Positions 10,745 to 23,090 of a stretch of 64,000 nt of DNA are shown one piece after another. The notes beneath the pieces are model-generated. The model ran no database searches. It was not told the DNA's origin and worked only from the letters and a program-made list of their open reading frames with translations. The translations under genes were made by a program, and so were the position numbers. Numbering within the stretch: position 1 is the first letter of the stretch; each line of letters opens with the position of its first letter. The stretch is from Octopus sinensis. Taxonomy: Eukaryota. The stretch covers positions 12,524,001-12,588,000 of the forward strand of contig NC_043010.1 of assembly GCF_006345805.1 (NCBI RefSeq). The letters run 5' to 3'.

Positions 10745-11489
10745 TGTGTGTGTGTTGTGTGTGTATTGTTATGAATATCTTTGAATATAGATGATTATAC
10801 TTCCATAATTGCCAAGAGAATGAAGGGATGATTGATAACAAAGACATGGCTTAAACGGATTAATTTACATCATTAATCTTATTCCAGCATTTCTTGATTA
10901 ACCTTAATCTAAATGGAACTGAATGAAGCAACATTATTCTCTCTTGATCTTTCACTCATACACTCATTTTTCAAATTCCACCAATCAGCTGATCATAAGG
11001 GAGCAGACTGTGCCACGGGAGGAACACAAAGGGGAAGGTCCATGAGAGGAGTCTTTCTGTATACCGGGACTAAGGTAGAGCAGTGCAGGGATCGTAGCTG
11101 GTGTGGGATGACGTCAGCAGCTGGGTGCGCTGACCGGAAGTTGGGGCAACCGGAAGGGGCAGCCGTGAGGTGTGTGCAGGGAGCGGGGATTTCGTCCTTT
11201 CCAACGAGGGTCGTCGAGGTGTTAAGACGTGTGAAGACATTGCTAAGGTTGGGTGAAGCAGCTGCTATCTTTAGTGTTCGGGTCGGGGCTGTGACGAAGG
11301 ATCCATTACCACTGAAGGGTCTCTATCAGAGCGAAGCGAAGGTAGGTGCCTTTATATATCGACTATCTCGCACACACTACAGCTGGCAAGTACATTGTGA
11401 GGTCATGGAAGGGGGCTGCCCAGGTTTTGCGGGATGTATATTCTGTAGGGCTCTGATAGGGCTTGGAAGTACTAGTGAAGCAAATTTTT

Positions 11490-11817
11490 GTTGGCATCCT
11501 TTTTTTCTTGGAAGACAATGGAGTTGTGCATAAAATAATCTAGTCCAGCTTTTATATCTCATGTTCTAATACATCTCCTGCTGTGGCTGTGTAGTCTATC
11601 CTGGACAAACACTCCCTCTGGCAGGTGCCGCAAATGTAGCTAAGACTTTGCCTGGCTGGTTGTAATGTCATACTTTCTTGTTGACGTCTTTTCTTGTCTT
11701 TCCATTTCTCCTCTCCCTCTATGTCACTCCTTTGTGTTCCCTCTTTTACGGTACGTCGCCAATCTCCACGGTTGCTGGCAACTGCTTCCCAGTTGCTAAT
11801 ATTAATGTCGCAGCAAG
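11490..11817 (-). mobile_element. RTE (BovB-like) LINE 3' fragment
   Basis: CDINISNWEAVASNRGDWRRTVKEG..YICGTCQRECLSRI plus a frameshifted LHSHSRRC (CCHH finger); 3'UTR CCATTGTCTTC..GGATGCCAAC. Confidence 0.75.
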
Positions 11818-12030
11818 TAGGGAAGCTATAAATTCCATCACTGAAGCTGCAAAGAAGGTCATTTGGTGGCTTTGGATAAAGAAGGCTGACCAGTGGTTTG
11901 TCACAAATGGGAAGCAAGCTAGGACCTGTTCAACTTCCAGCTGAGTCAACTGTGCAAAGGGGTCAACGTTGAAAGACCTGCTACATAAAACCCCCAGGAA
12001 TATCACTGATGATGCATATCTCTCTCTTTA
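11818..12030 (+). mobile_element. Restriction-like-endonuclease LINE (HERO-like) 3' fragment; lies within copy 2 of the inverted duplication
   Basis: REAINSITEAAKKVIWWLWIKKADQW resembles the AI..I.EAAE.ASRWLWLKR C-terminus of HERO-type elements; clade assigned from memory. Confidence 0.55.
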
Positions 12031-12309
12031 CTCTTTACTTGTTTCAGTCATTTGACTGCGGCCATACTGGAGCACCGCCTTTAGTTGAGCCAGTAAACTA
12101 GCCCATATGTATTGATATGACTTGAAAAGGTAACTTCTTTTTTTTTATACTGGAGCACCACCTTGTAGGGTTTGGTCAAACAAATCATTCCCACGGCACT
12201 GCTACTATGGTTGGTAGCTCAAACTCTTTTTACCCTCTTACTTGTTTCAGTCATTTGACTGTGGTCATGCTGGAGCACCACTTTGTAGAGTTAATCAAAC
12301 AAATTAATC
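11818..12309 (-). repeat. Copy 2 of the ~495-bp inverted local duplication
   Basis: Reverse complement of 5874-6369. Confidence 0.85.
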
Positions 12310-12953
12310 TGCACTGGGAACTGTAGCACTGTGATTTGAACCCTGAATCTTGTGACAGCAAAGCAAGCTTCTTAACTATATGACTACACTTCATTATCTG
12401 TGACAGCTTCAAATTCCAAATTTTCTTTTATGTTTTAGTAACATCTTAAAGGTTGTCCTGGTAAATGTCAAATGTTTCCGTCAAGTAAGGAATTTTTCCA
12501 AGATATAAAAGATTTTGCAAATTTCTATCTGAATGTGTATATAATAAAAACCACTTCTAACAACCATTCCTTTTCCCTTTTTTTCTTTCTCCTTCTCAAA
12601 TTGCTTTACAGGTAAAACAAATTAAGAATAAGTAATCTTTTATCATCAATAGTTATTATATTGTTAATAACAATAAATACAGTTATTCATCAATTTATTC
12701 TTAATGAAAGCTATAATGACATTTAACAAAATGTTACCTGAATGGATCCAATTATAAATTTCCTAAAAAATGTTCTGGAATATCTGGAATCTTTGCATGA
12801 AGATCTTTGTCTTACTTGATTGCACCAGTTTCATGCTCAGCAGTGAAATAATTGCCGCCTTTTAAAATCACTTTTCCATATTCGTGCTGAAATAGACAAT
12901 AAAAATACCAAATCATGTATGGCACCATGGATATTGGCAACTCAATTTTATGC

Positions 12954-12987
<34 letters not shown>

Positions 12988-13258
12988 GTAATACAATCAT
13001 GGGTATTTAACTTGACAAATGGAATGAAAATATGCATTTTCTCCTAAATATTAAGTGAATTTTGTAAAAGTAGATCGACGAAGCTTTGATAGAAATGTAA
13101 CTTCAGAAAATATTTCAAATGGAAACGATTTGAATATCAACTTTATAGATATATATGTGTGTGCGTATATATATATATATATATGTATAATATATATATA
13201 TATATATATATAATTACACACATAATGTATGTACGTATATATACATATAGTATGTGTG

Positions 13259-13289
<31 letters not shown>

Positions 13290-13466
13290 TATATAATTAC
13301 TTATACATATATGTATATACACACACATATTTATATATATATACATACATAGATTATTAGACAATGTACATATATACCAGGGTACTACAAGAGACCTATA
13401 ATCGTTAATGATAGAGTCAATAAAATACTTCATGTAACACTGATAGTCACTACCATATATATATAG

Positions 13467-13509
<43 letters not shown>

Positions 13510-13539
13510 ATATATATATGTGTATATTCCAAAATGTAA

Positions 13540-13740
13540 TCACGTGTGTATCGTTGGTGATTTTTTTCTTCCCCTCCTTCCCTTCCTTTGGACTTTCTCT
13601 ATTTCTGAAGTAGAGCTTGGCTCGAAATGTTAAATCCTCTTCCCTTCCTTTCCCGAGTGTCTGATAATACATTACTTGTACCTAGTCCTCACGTTATTGT
13701 TTTTTTTTTTCTTGTTTGTTCTTCTTTGTTTGGATTCACT
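13540..13740 (+). mobile_element. (TA)n-embedded repeat carrying a decayed minimal hammerhead at 13601-13635
   Basis: Homologous to 22880-23090 (minus strand); ATTT CTGAAGT A GAGC-TTG-GCTC GAAA TG TT AAAT. Confidence 0.6.
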
Positions 13741-13754
13741 ATACATACACATAT

Positions 13755-13801
<47 letters not shown>

Positions 13802-14279
13802 CATACTTTGAATTAGAGGACAAAAAGGTCTTCTGCCTTTACTTTTTCCCCACCTTTCATCACAATCTTTAAGAAGGACCTTATTCAGTTCACCAAAACC
13901 TTCACTCCCACTGTCACGTCATATATACTTAACCCTTTCTGTTACTTAGGCCTAGAAACAAAATTAATTGCATATGCCATGGGAGTGGACATAGGAATGG
14001 TATTAGACAGAATCCCCCTTCAGGGCTGAGAGGCAATGGAGAAATTAAAAGGAAGACAGCTTCTCAATCAGTGCACGTCAGACTCTTCTGTTTTTTCCCT
14101 TCTTTTCCCCTTTCACCTCAACCCTGATGGTAAATTTTGTCCAAAACATCAGACATTCCATTCCTCCATTCCCGCAGAATATATTCTATATATCTTCCTC
14201 TGACATTTTGTGGCAAATGCAATTCTTGCTGCTGCAGACAGCCACCTGTCTCTTTGGGTTCTGTTTTATCTGATTTATA

Positions 14280-14676
14280 TGGATAGGTGCATGTGTGCAT
14301 GTTGTGTGTGTTTGTGTGTGTGTGTATGGATGGATGTGGTGTGTGTGTGTGTGTGTGTGAATGGGTATGTGTGTGTGTGTGTGTGTGTTTGGTGTGCATA
14401 GAAAGATAGTTAGGAAGATAGAAAATGCACATACATTTATAAGCATACATGCATACATACTAGTATGTATACACACACATGCACATACATACAGATATAT
14501 GTGAAAGCGAGATAGGAATATACATGTATTTATGTATATGTATGTGAAAGTGAGTGTGAAAAAAATATGTGTGTGTGTGTGTGTGGTGTGGTATATGTAT
14601 GTATATATATATATAAATATATATATAATATATATATATATATGTATATGTATATATATATACACAATATACATAT

Positions 14677-14731
<55 letters not shown>

Positions 14732-15035
14732 TATGATATATATTTGTGTGTTTGCATGTGTGTGTTTTTGTGAGGTATATATGTATATGCATGTGTGTAT
14801 ATGTATATATGTTATACATATATGTTCATTTACATATGTATGTATATATATATATATGTATGAATGTGTGTATGTGTGCATGTATGTATATGTGTGTGTA
14901 TGTATATGTGCATGTATGTATGTATGTATGTATGTATGTATATATGTATGTATGTAAGTATGTATATGTGCATGTATGTATATGTGTGTGCATGTATGTA
15001 TGTATGTATGTGTGTATGTATGTATGTATGTGAGC
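14280..15035. repeat. Compound (TG)/(TA)/(TATG)n microsatellite field
   Basis: Direct reading. Confidence 0.95.
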
Positions 15036-15744
15036 ATGCTTATGTTCTTTCAGTTTGTAGTTATCATGCAGAAGAGAATCCTTAGAAATTTTACCATTTT
15101 CCATCAACACTGACATGGCATTGAAAGCATAGCCAGAGAATTGGAACATTTTATTTTATCAAAAGAATGAAACATTCACTTCCTGATTTCCTTTGCGAAG
15201 AATTTTTGTTGACATGAAAGTGGGCTGATCCTAGTGAAATGTTAGCAATAACATTAGTTCAATAGAAATTTACCCTAAGCACCGATCTGGCGGAACTGCA
15301 CAATAAAAGCAAAAATTTGTTCACATTACTCATGCCTAAAACTGCAATGGAACATCAAGTGTAGCGATTCTCTTGTAGTAACAACTGCTACCGTTTCAGA
15401 GTAAAGTGAAAACAACAATTGATGGAGCTTTCATCCATGTTTTACAATATCGCGTTTATCTGGTTTCTCCCATTCTCTCTTATTGCCTGTGGTCGCGTTG
15501 GTCAACGCTTTCCTGTCATTTCCATAGCATTTATTGACTTTCACTGGACTAGAACAGTCAGTATCAATCAGTAAGTACAAGTATTTTAACATTGTGCCAG
15601 AGTTAGGGCTGGAGGCTGGAGAGGTGAGAAGGCGGAGGTGGGAGGCGGTCGTACGATCTTTCTTTCACCTGAAACTTTAGCAGTTGCTTGTTTATTGTAT
15701 GGAAGAAAATGTCAACTAGAAGATTACAACTACTATGACCACAC

Positions 15745-16088
15745 ACATACACAGACACATGCACACACAAATACACAGACACAGACACAGACACACACAG
15801 AAACACATATACACACACACACAAATACATGTATGTAAATACACTCACACACAGAGAAACACATATACATACACACAAATACATGCATGTAAATATACAC
15901 ACACATACACACACACATACACACACACACACACACACACCCACACAGAGAAACACATATACACACACACAAATACATGCATGTAAATATACATACACAT
16001 ACACACACATACACACACACACACACACACACAGAGAAACACATATACACACACACAAATACATGCATGTAAATATACACACACGTAC

Positions 16089-16131
<43 letters not shown>

Positions 16132-16146
16132 ACACACACACACATA
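15745..16146. repeat. (CA)-rich minisatellite with a ~60-80-bp higher-order unit
   Basis: CACAGAGAAACACATATAC..CAAATACATGCATGTAAATA repeated about four times. Confidence 0.85.
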
Positions 16147-16390
16147 TTGCTTCCTCTTTGTGGTTACTCGATCTGCTAGAAAAGCCAAACAAGGCAGAAA
16201 TTTGTATCTAACCATTCTGAACACGGTGCTGGACATTTTTTCATTTGCTACTAATATATTTTAGTGTTTTTAAACAATATGCCTCCATAAAGGATATTAT
16301 GCCTGGCCAATAACTGCAGTTGATTTGCCATTTCACAATGTATCTGCATTGAGTATGATACACAGATGGCACTTTTATTCAAATACTTCA

Positions 16391-16607
16391 TACTCTTTAC
16401 TCTTTTACTCTTTTACTTGTTTCAGTCATTTGACTGCGGCCATGCTGGAGCACAGCCTTAGTCGAGCAAATCGACCCCAGGACTTATTCTTTGTAAGCCT
16501 AGTACTTATTCTATTGGTCTCTTTTGCCAAACCGCTAAGTGACGGGGACGTAAACACACCAGCATCGGTTGTCAAGCAATGCTAGAGGGACAAACACAGA
16601 CACAACA

Positions 16608-16642
<35 letters not shown>

Positions 16643-16814
16643 CATATATTACATATAGGCTTCTTTCAGTTTCCGTCTACCAAATCCTCACAAGGCATTG
16701 GTCGGCCCGGGGCCATAGCAGAAGACACTTGCCCAAGGTGCCATGCAGTGGGACTGAACCCGGAACCATATGGTTGGTTAGCAAGCTACCTACCACACAG
16801 CCACTCCTGCGCCT
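16391..16814 (-). mobile_element. SINE family A, full length
   Basis: Head TAGGCGCAGGAGTGG through the tail. Confidence 0.9.
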
Positions 16815-16952
16815 ATTTCATGCCATATTTTTGTAGAAAATCACTACCTTTATTTCAATTAATTTTGAAGAGTTTAATAAAATAACTTTGTCATAATCAA
16901 ACTAATGTTTGGAACATAAATTAACATGATGGAAAGTTGTACAGTTGGATCA

Positions 16953-17167
16953 GTTTAGCCTTTTATTATTTGAACCAGCCATATCCAGCTCAAATATTCT
17001 ATGTGATTTATGTTCAACTCAACCAGATCTGGCCTGTCTCACTTACCCTACAATGTCATTCTAAAACATAAAATCATGAAGCTATGAGGTAATGCACAAT
17101 TAATTCCAATCAATGTGAATAAATAACCATTACATTTGACAAAATAATCTGAATGCTAAAGGGTTAA
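16953..17167. mobile_element. piggyBac-type MITE
   Basis: Right end TGAATGCTAAAGGG-TTAA intact; body matches 47187-47407. Confidence 0.7.
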
Positions 17168-17394
17168 AAACCAGGAAGTTTGTATCATAGAGGCAGTCTG
17201 AAGAGGGCTGATATGAAAGGGGTCAGAAAAAAGCAAGAACATGAAATACAAAGGATTGTTTTCAGTACAATGGTAGAACAACTGTCATGTTTACAGAAAA
17301 TGCAGGTTCAAGTCCCACCAGCAGCTTCCAACTTTTTCTATCTTAAAGGGTTATTCAAACAAATATTTACATGCTATTTATTCATAGCTTACCT

Positions 17395-17615
17395 TCGGTG
17401 GTGTGCTGGCAGAATCGGTAGCATGCCAGGCAAAATACATAGTAGTCCTCACTTTCTGAGTTCAAATTCTGACAAGATTAACTTTGCCTTTCATTCATTT
17501 TTTGGTGGGGGGGGGTCAATAAAATAAGTACCAGTTACGCACTGGGATCGATGTAATCAACTTATCCCCCTTCCTCAAAATTTCAGGCCTTGTGCCTATA
17601 GTACAAAATATTATT
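17395..17615 (+). mobile_element. SINE family B, short-tail variant
   Basis: B head and core followed by ..AAATTTCAGGCCTTGTGCCTATAGT. Confidence 0.75.
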
Positions 17616-17639
17616 TATAGCTTTATATATACTTCAAGA

Positions 17640-17940
17640 GTGGAGGTGCAATGGCCCAGTGGTTAGAGCAGTAGACTCGTGGTTGTAGGATCGCAGTTTT
17701 GAGTCTCAGGCGTTGTGAGTGTTCATTGAGTGAAAACACCTAAAACTCCACAAGGCTCCGGCAGGGGGTGGTGGCGATCCCTGCCGTACTCTTTCGCTAC
17801 CACTTTCTCTCACTCTTTTTCCTGTAGGCCTGCTTGCTTAGCCAGTAGGGTGGTGTTATTTGAAGACTAAAACAATGCGAAGCGCATTGTGACCAGCGAT
17901 GTGTAGCAACATCTGATAGCCTGGTCGGTCACGGTGATAT
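17640..17940 (+). mobile_element. SINE family C, tail type 1
   Basis: tRNA-like head; tail ..GTGACCAGCGATGTGTAGCAACATCTGATAGCCTGGTCGGTCACGGTGAT; flanking repeat ATATATACTTCAAGA. Confidence 0.85.
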
Positions 17941-17974
17941 ATACTTCAAGAACCAATTCCGAAAGTGCCAATCT

Positions 17975-18150
17975 GTAATTAAGGAGGGAGCATGTCAGTG
18001 GGGTAGACTCAGGAAGATGTGGGACAAAGTAGTGAGAAAGAATCTTTAGAAGTTGGGTCTCACACAGGGCATGACAGGGGACCAAGACCCCTCGCAGTTT
18101 GTTGTGCTTGAGAAGACACATCAAACTAATTAAAAGCATAGTTACCCTTG
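17975..18150 (+). mobile_element. Decayed RTE-type LINE C-terminal fragment
   Basis: GRLRKMWDKVVRKNL*KLGLTQGMTGDQD..FVVLEKT; related to the [12 protein letters not shown] fragment at ~51670-51750. Confidence 0.5.
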
Positions 18151-18347
18151 CATACAGGCATGTCCCCCGCATCCCTTTCCAGCTGAGCATCCCTAATTTT
18201 GTGGACTGATGCGTGCTGGTACCATATAAAAAAGCACCCATACCGATGCCATGTAAATGCATCCATGCTGGGGGCTGCATAAAGCACCCAGTATACTCTG
18301 TAAAGTGGTTGGCATTAGGACATCCAACCCTAGAAACCACAACAAAA

Positions 18348-18780
18348 CAGACATGGAACCTATTTTTTTACTACCCACAAGGGGCCAAATACAATGGGGA
18401 CAAACAAGGACAGACGGATGGATTAAGTCGATTACATCGACCCCAGTGCGTAACTGGTACTTAATTTATCGACCCTGAAAGGATGAAAGGCAAAGTCGAC
18501 CTCACCAGAATTTGAACTCAGAACGTAACAGCAGATGAAATACCTATTTCTTTACTACCCACAAGGGGCTAAACACAGAGAGGACAAACAAGGACAGACG
18601 GACGGATTAAGTCGATTACATCGACCCCAGTGCGTAACTGGTACTTAATTTATCAGCCCTGAAAGGATGAAAGGCAAAGTTGACCTCACCAGAATTTGAA
18701 CTCAGAACGTAACAGCAGATGAAATACCGCTAAGCATTTCACCCAGCATGCTAACATTTCTGCCAGCTCACCACCTTTCA
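18348..18780 (-). mobile_element. SINE family B tandem (one headless unit plus one full unit)
   Basis: Two ~185-bp units share private variants (CTCACCAGAATTT) and join at GAAATAC|CTATTTC. Confidence 0.85.
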
Positions 18781-18969
18781 ATTTCTGTTTACCAGATCCA
18801 CTCATAAGGCTTTGGTTGGCCCAAAGCTATAGTAGAAGACACCTGCTTGTGATGCCACACAGTGAGACTGAACCTAGAACCATAAAGTTAGGAAGCAATC
18901 GTTTTACCACATGACACAACCAAACCTGCCCCTGTATGTTATCAATTTTTTTTATCTAAATACAACTAG

Positions 18970-19370
18970 AGGCGCAGGAGTGGCTGTGTGGTAAGTAGCT
19001 TGCTAACCAACCATATGGTTCCGGGTTCAGTCCCACTGCGTGGCACCTTGGGCAAGTCTTCTGCTATAGCCCCGGACCAACCAATGCCTTGTGAGTGGAT
19101 TTGGTAGACGGAAACTGAAAGAAGCCTGTTGTATATATGTATATATATATATATGTGTGTGTGTGTGTATGTGTGTTTGTGTTTGTTCCCCTAGCATTGC
19201 TTGACAACCGATACTGGTGTGTTTACATCCCCGTCACTTAGCGGTTCGGCAAAAGAGACCGATAAATAAGTACTGGGCTTACAAGAAAATAAGTCCCGGG
19301 TCGATTTGCTCGACTAAAGGCGGTTCTCCAGCATGGCCGCAGTCAAATGACTGAAACAAGTAAAAGAGTA
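18970..19370 (+). mobile_element. SINE family A, full length
   Basis: Head through tail. Confidence 0.9.
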
Positions 19371-19562
19371 AATAAGATTATACCTTTATCACCACTAATT
19401 ATTTATTTATTACAAACATCCTGCATTTCGCCCGGGATGCTAACGCTTCTGCCATGGAACCTGGGCAGCTCTTGAACAAGCTAGTTCCAGTTGAACCATT
19501 CAACACATGCCAGCATGGAAAATGGATGTTAAATGATGATGATGATGATGATGATGATATGT

Positions 19563-19947
19563 GTGGAAGCACTCCGTCGGTTATGACGACGAGAGTTCCA
19601 GTTGATCCGATCAACGGAACAGCCTGCTCGTGAAATTAACGTGTAAGTGGCTGAGTACTCCACAGACACGTGTACCCTTAACGTAGTTCTCGGGGATATT
19701 CAGCGTGACACAGAGAGTGACAAGGCCGGCCCCTTGAAATACAGGTACAACAGAAACAGGAAGTAAGAGTGAGAGAAAGTTGTGGTGAAAGAGTACAACA
19801 GGGGTCGCCACCATCCCCTGCCGGAGCCTCGTGGAGCTTTAGGTGTTTTCACTCAATAAACACTCACAACACTCAGTCTGGGAATCGAAACCGCGATCCT
19901 ATGACCGCGAGTCCGCTGCCCTAACCACTGGGCCATTGCGCCTCCAC
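19563..19947 (-). mobile_element. SINE family C, tail type 3
   Basis: Head with A box TGGCCCAGTGG, TCG anticodon-like triplet and B box GGTTTCGATTCC; distinct tail ..GATCAACTGGAACTCTCGTCGTCATAACCGACGGAGTGC; TSD GATGATATGT. Confidence 0.85.
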
Positions 19948-20478
19948 CGATGATATGTATAGTAAAACTTATAAAAAGAGAACTGTGAACTTGCTGTGGG
20001 CAGTGAAAATCCTACGTTTCAGTTAGAGTTTTTCTTCAAGGAAAAATTGACAGAAGAGAGATTAAGAGTTTTACATCCCCTGCTGCTGTCCCTCTTTAAT
20101 TTCTCTCTTATTGACTTTTCCCTCGAGAAGGACTCTTGTCTGAAACATTATCTTTTCTACTACTCTTCATAGTAAGTTTCATTGATTTTACTAAATGATA
20201 CAAGTCTTGAAAATGTACACCAATACTAGTTTCTATGGTGTCTGTTTGATCACATACATACATATATATATATATATACATATACATACAAACATACATA
20301 AATACACACACACATATATATTTATTTATTTATTTATTTATTATGGTGTCTGTTTGATCACATTCATATATATATATATATATAATATAAATATATATAT
20401 ATGTACGTATGTTATATATGCATACATACATACTAATACATATATACATCATACATACATACATATATACATATACAT

Positions 20479-20519
<41 letters not shown>

Positions 20520-20538
<19 letters not shown>

Positions 20539-20993
20539 ATCATCATCGTCTTGTCATTTAACGTCCGCTTTCCATGGTGGCATGGGTTGGACGGTCTAAC
20601 TGAGGACTGGCTAGCCAAGAGGCTACACTAGGCTCCAATCTGATCTGACAAAGTTTCTACAGCTGGATGCACTTCCTAACGCCAACTACTCCAAGAGTGT
20701 AGTGAGTGCTTTTATTGGCAATGACTACACTCAAAAGATGTTTTTTACATGCCACCTGCACAGGAGCCAGTCCGGAGGCATTGGCAACAACCACACTCAA
20801 ACATTGTTTTTCACATGCCCCTAGCACATGTGCCAGTAAGGCGTCGCTGGAAATGACCACACTTGAATGTAGCTTTTTATGTGCCACCAGCACGGGAGCT
20901 AGTCAGCAGCCCTGGCAACGATCATGCTCAGATGGTGCTTTTAACGTTCCACTGGCATGTGTGCAATCAGGCGTACTGTCATCAGCCATTTCA
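20520..20993 (-). mobile_element. Repeat family D (V-like TTAGGAAG.GCATCCAGCTG core, (GAT)n tail) with internal ~60-65-bp tandem units
   Basis: Matches 38085-38322; four to five diverged GGCAA.GAC.AC.CTC..TTTTT..TGCC units at 20715-20990. Confidence 0.7.
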
Positions 20994-21093
20994 NNNNNNN
21001 NNNNNNNNNNNNNNNNNNNNNNNNNNNNNNNNNNNNNNNNNNNNNNNNNNNNNNNNNNNNNNNNNNNNNNNNNNNNNNNNNNNNNNNNNNNNN
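20994..21093. other. Assembly gap (100 N)
   Basis: Direct reading. Confidence 1.
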
Positions 21094-21440
21094 TTCCACT
21101 GCGTGACACCTTGGGCTAGTGTCTTCTACTGTAGCCTTGGGCCAACCAAAGCCTTGTGAGTGGATCTGGTAACGGAAACGAAAGGAGCCCATCGTATACG
21201 TGTATATATGAAAGAAGCCCATCGTATATGGTTGTGTGTCTGTGTTTGTCCCCCTAACATTGCTTGACAACCAATGCTTGTGTGTTTACATCCCCATAAC
21301 TTAGCGGTTCAGCAAAAGAGACCAATAGAATGAGTACTAGGCTTCCAAAGAATAAGTCCTGGGCTCGATCTGCTCGACTAAAGGCGGTGCTCCAGCATGG
21401 CCGCAGTCAAATGACTGAAACAAGTAAAAGAGTAGAAGAG
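21094..21440 (+). mobile_element. SINE family A, head cut by the gap
   Basis: Body and tail match. Confidence 0.85.
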
Positions 21441-21884
21441 TGTGGAACACATACATTTTACCATGAGTAAGTTGTTTGACAGAAATGCTACTCCCTTTTG
21501 ACCCCTACTATAATGAGACATGTCACCATATACTTGTTACAATAACAATTTATATCAGAAACCATTAAAGGAGCCTCTATGCGATCATTCAAACTGTGAG
21601 AAATAGCAGCCAAATTCCTGTACCCGTAACCCCACACATGTCTCAGTGAAACAAAAAGATAGGAGGGTCACAAGCAAAACGATTTTAGAAATAGTTCCAT
21701 TCAATCTGGATAAATGTGTGGCTAAGCTCATATTTCTATGAAACCAGGAAAAAATTGTATCATTGCTTTTATGTTGTCTTTCACATAACTTTGTTGAATA
21801 AGCGACACAATCCACGCCAACTTAGAAGCATTATAGGCCTCCATGCAAACTTATGCAATAGACCCTACAGTATTTATTTATTTA

Positions 21885-22250
21885 TGGTAAGCTTGCTAAC
21901 CAACCACATGGTTCCAGGTTCAGTCCCACTGCGTGGCATCTTGGGCAAGTGTCTTCTGCTATAGCCCCGGGCTGACCAATGCCTTGTGAGTGGATTTGGT
22001 AGACGGAAACTGAAAGAAGCCCATCGTATATATATGTATATATATATATATGTGTGTATGTGTTAGTCCCCCAAGCATTGCTTGACAACCGATGCTGGTG
22101 TGTTTACGTCCCCGTCACTTAGCGGTTCGGCAAAAGAGACCGATAAAATAAGTACTGAGCTTACAAAGAATAAGTCCCGGGGTCGATTTGCTTGACTAAA
22201 GGCGGTGCTCCGGCATGGCCACAGTCAAATGACTGAAACAAGTAAAAGAG
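21885..22250 (+). mobile_element. SINE family A
   Basis: Body and tail match. Confidence 0.9.
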
Positions 22251-22879
22251 TACAGCAAACATAGAGCAGAAATGGGCCTCCAAACTCATAAGGGCCTCTG
22301 GGTAACTACCCAGTGTGCCAAGGCCTTATGATGGCTCTGTACACAAGTTTTGTCCCTCCTACAAGAACAAACTACATCACTGATGCTAAAAAGCACAGTA
22401 CCTTTATAGTCTACAGACATGTGGTTAAAAAGCACTAATATCTTCTTCAAACTATTTCCTTACAAAGTGATTCTCAAACTGTGTGTTGCTAAGGATACCT
22501 AGTTGTGTCACACACATTTTCCAATATATTATTTATGATTTTAGAAAAATCCTAACTCATACTTGTACATCTTAAAATATATGTTGTCATACACAAATCT
22601 GATTATCCCCATACACTCTTGCGCCCATACACACACCTACACACTTAGTCACTTGGACCCCACTCACTTCTACTCAGCTTGCATGTCCAGTAAGTTCACC
22701 ATCATCAAGACACTGTTTCCTTTCAATGAAAGGCGTAGGAATGGCTGTGTGGTAAGTAGCTTGCTTACAAACCACATGTCTTCTACTATAGCCTCAGGCC
22801 AACCAAAGCCTTGTGAGTGGATTTGGTAGACGGAAACTGAAAGAAGCCCGTCGTATATATATATATATATATATATATA

Positions 22880-23090
22880 GTTAATCCAAACATGAAAACA
22901 CAAAGAGAAAACACAACAACACGAGGATGTGGAACAAGTATAGTGTTATTGGAAGCTCAGGAAAAGAAAGAAAGAAGGAGGATTTGACGTTTCGAGCGAA
23001 GTTCTTTGTCAGAAACATAGGAAAAGGAAAGGTCCAAAGAAGGGAAGACGGAGGAAAAAAATCACCAACAGTACACACGCGGTCATATTT
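22880..23090 (-). mobile_element. (TA)n-embedded repeat carrying a decayed minimal hammerhead at 22982-23016
   Basis: Minus strand GTTT CTGACAA A GAAC-TTC-GCTC GAAA CG TC AAAT; same family as 13540-13740. Confidence 0.6.

Noticed and set aside
11060-11400. Zinc-knuckle-like (GCPNFRSAHPAAD) and GIY-YIG-like (DSRYIK) words on the minus strand
   Set aside because: Key Cys/Gly residues are missing and the frames are interrupted; could be chance
14118-16236. Long His/Thr/Tyr/Ile and Cys/Val-rich ORFs (up to 283 aa)
   Set aside because: Translations of CA/TA dinucleotide repeats
19870-19947. tRNA-Arg-like sequence
   Set aside because: SINE head with A/B boxes but no proper acceptor stem; not a tRNA gene
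20715-20990. Regularly spaced ~60-65-bp units, superficially CRISPR-like
   Set aside because: Diverged tandem units inside a eukaryotic repeat; no constant repeat with unique spacers and no cas genes
20941-21270. Apparent fusion of family D and SINE A
   Set aside because: The junction is the 100-N assembly gap, so adjacency is unproven
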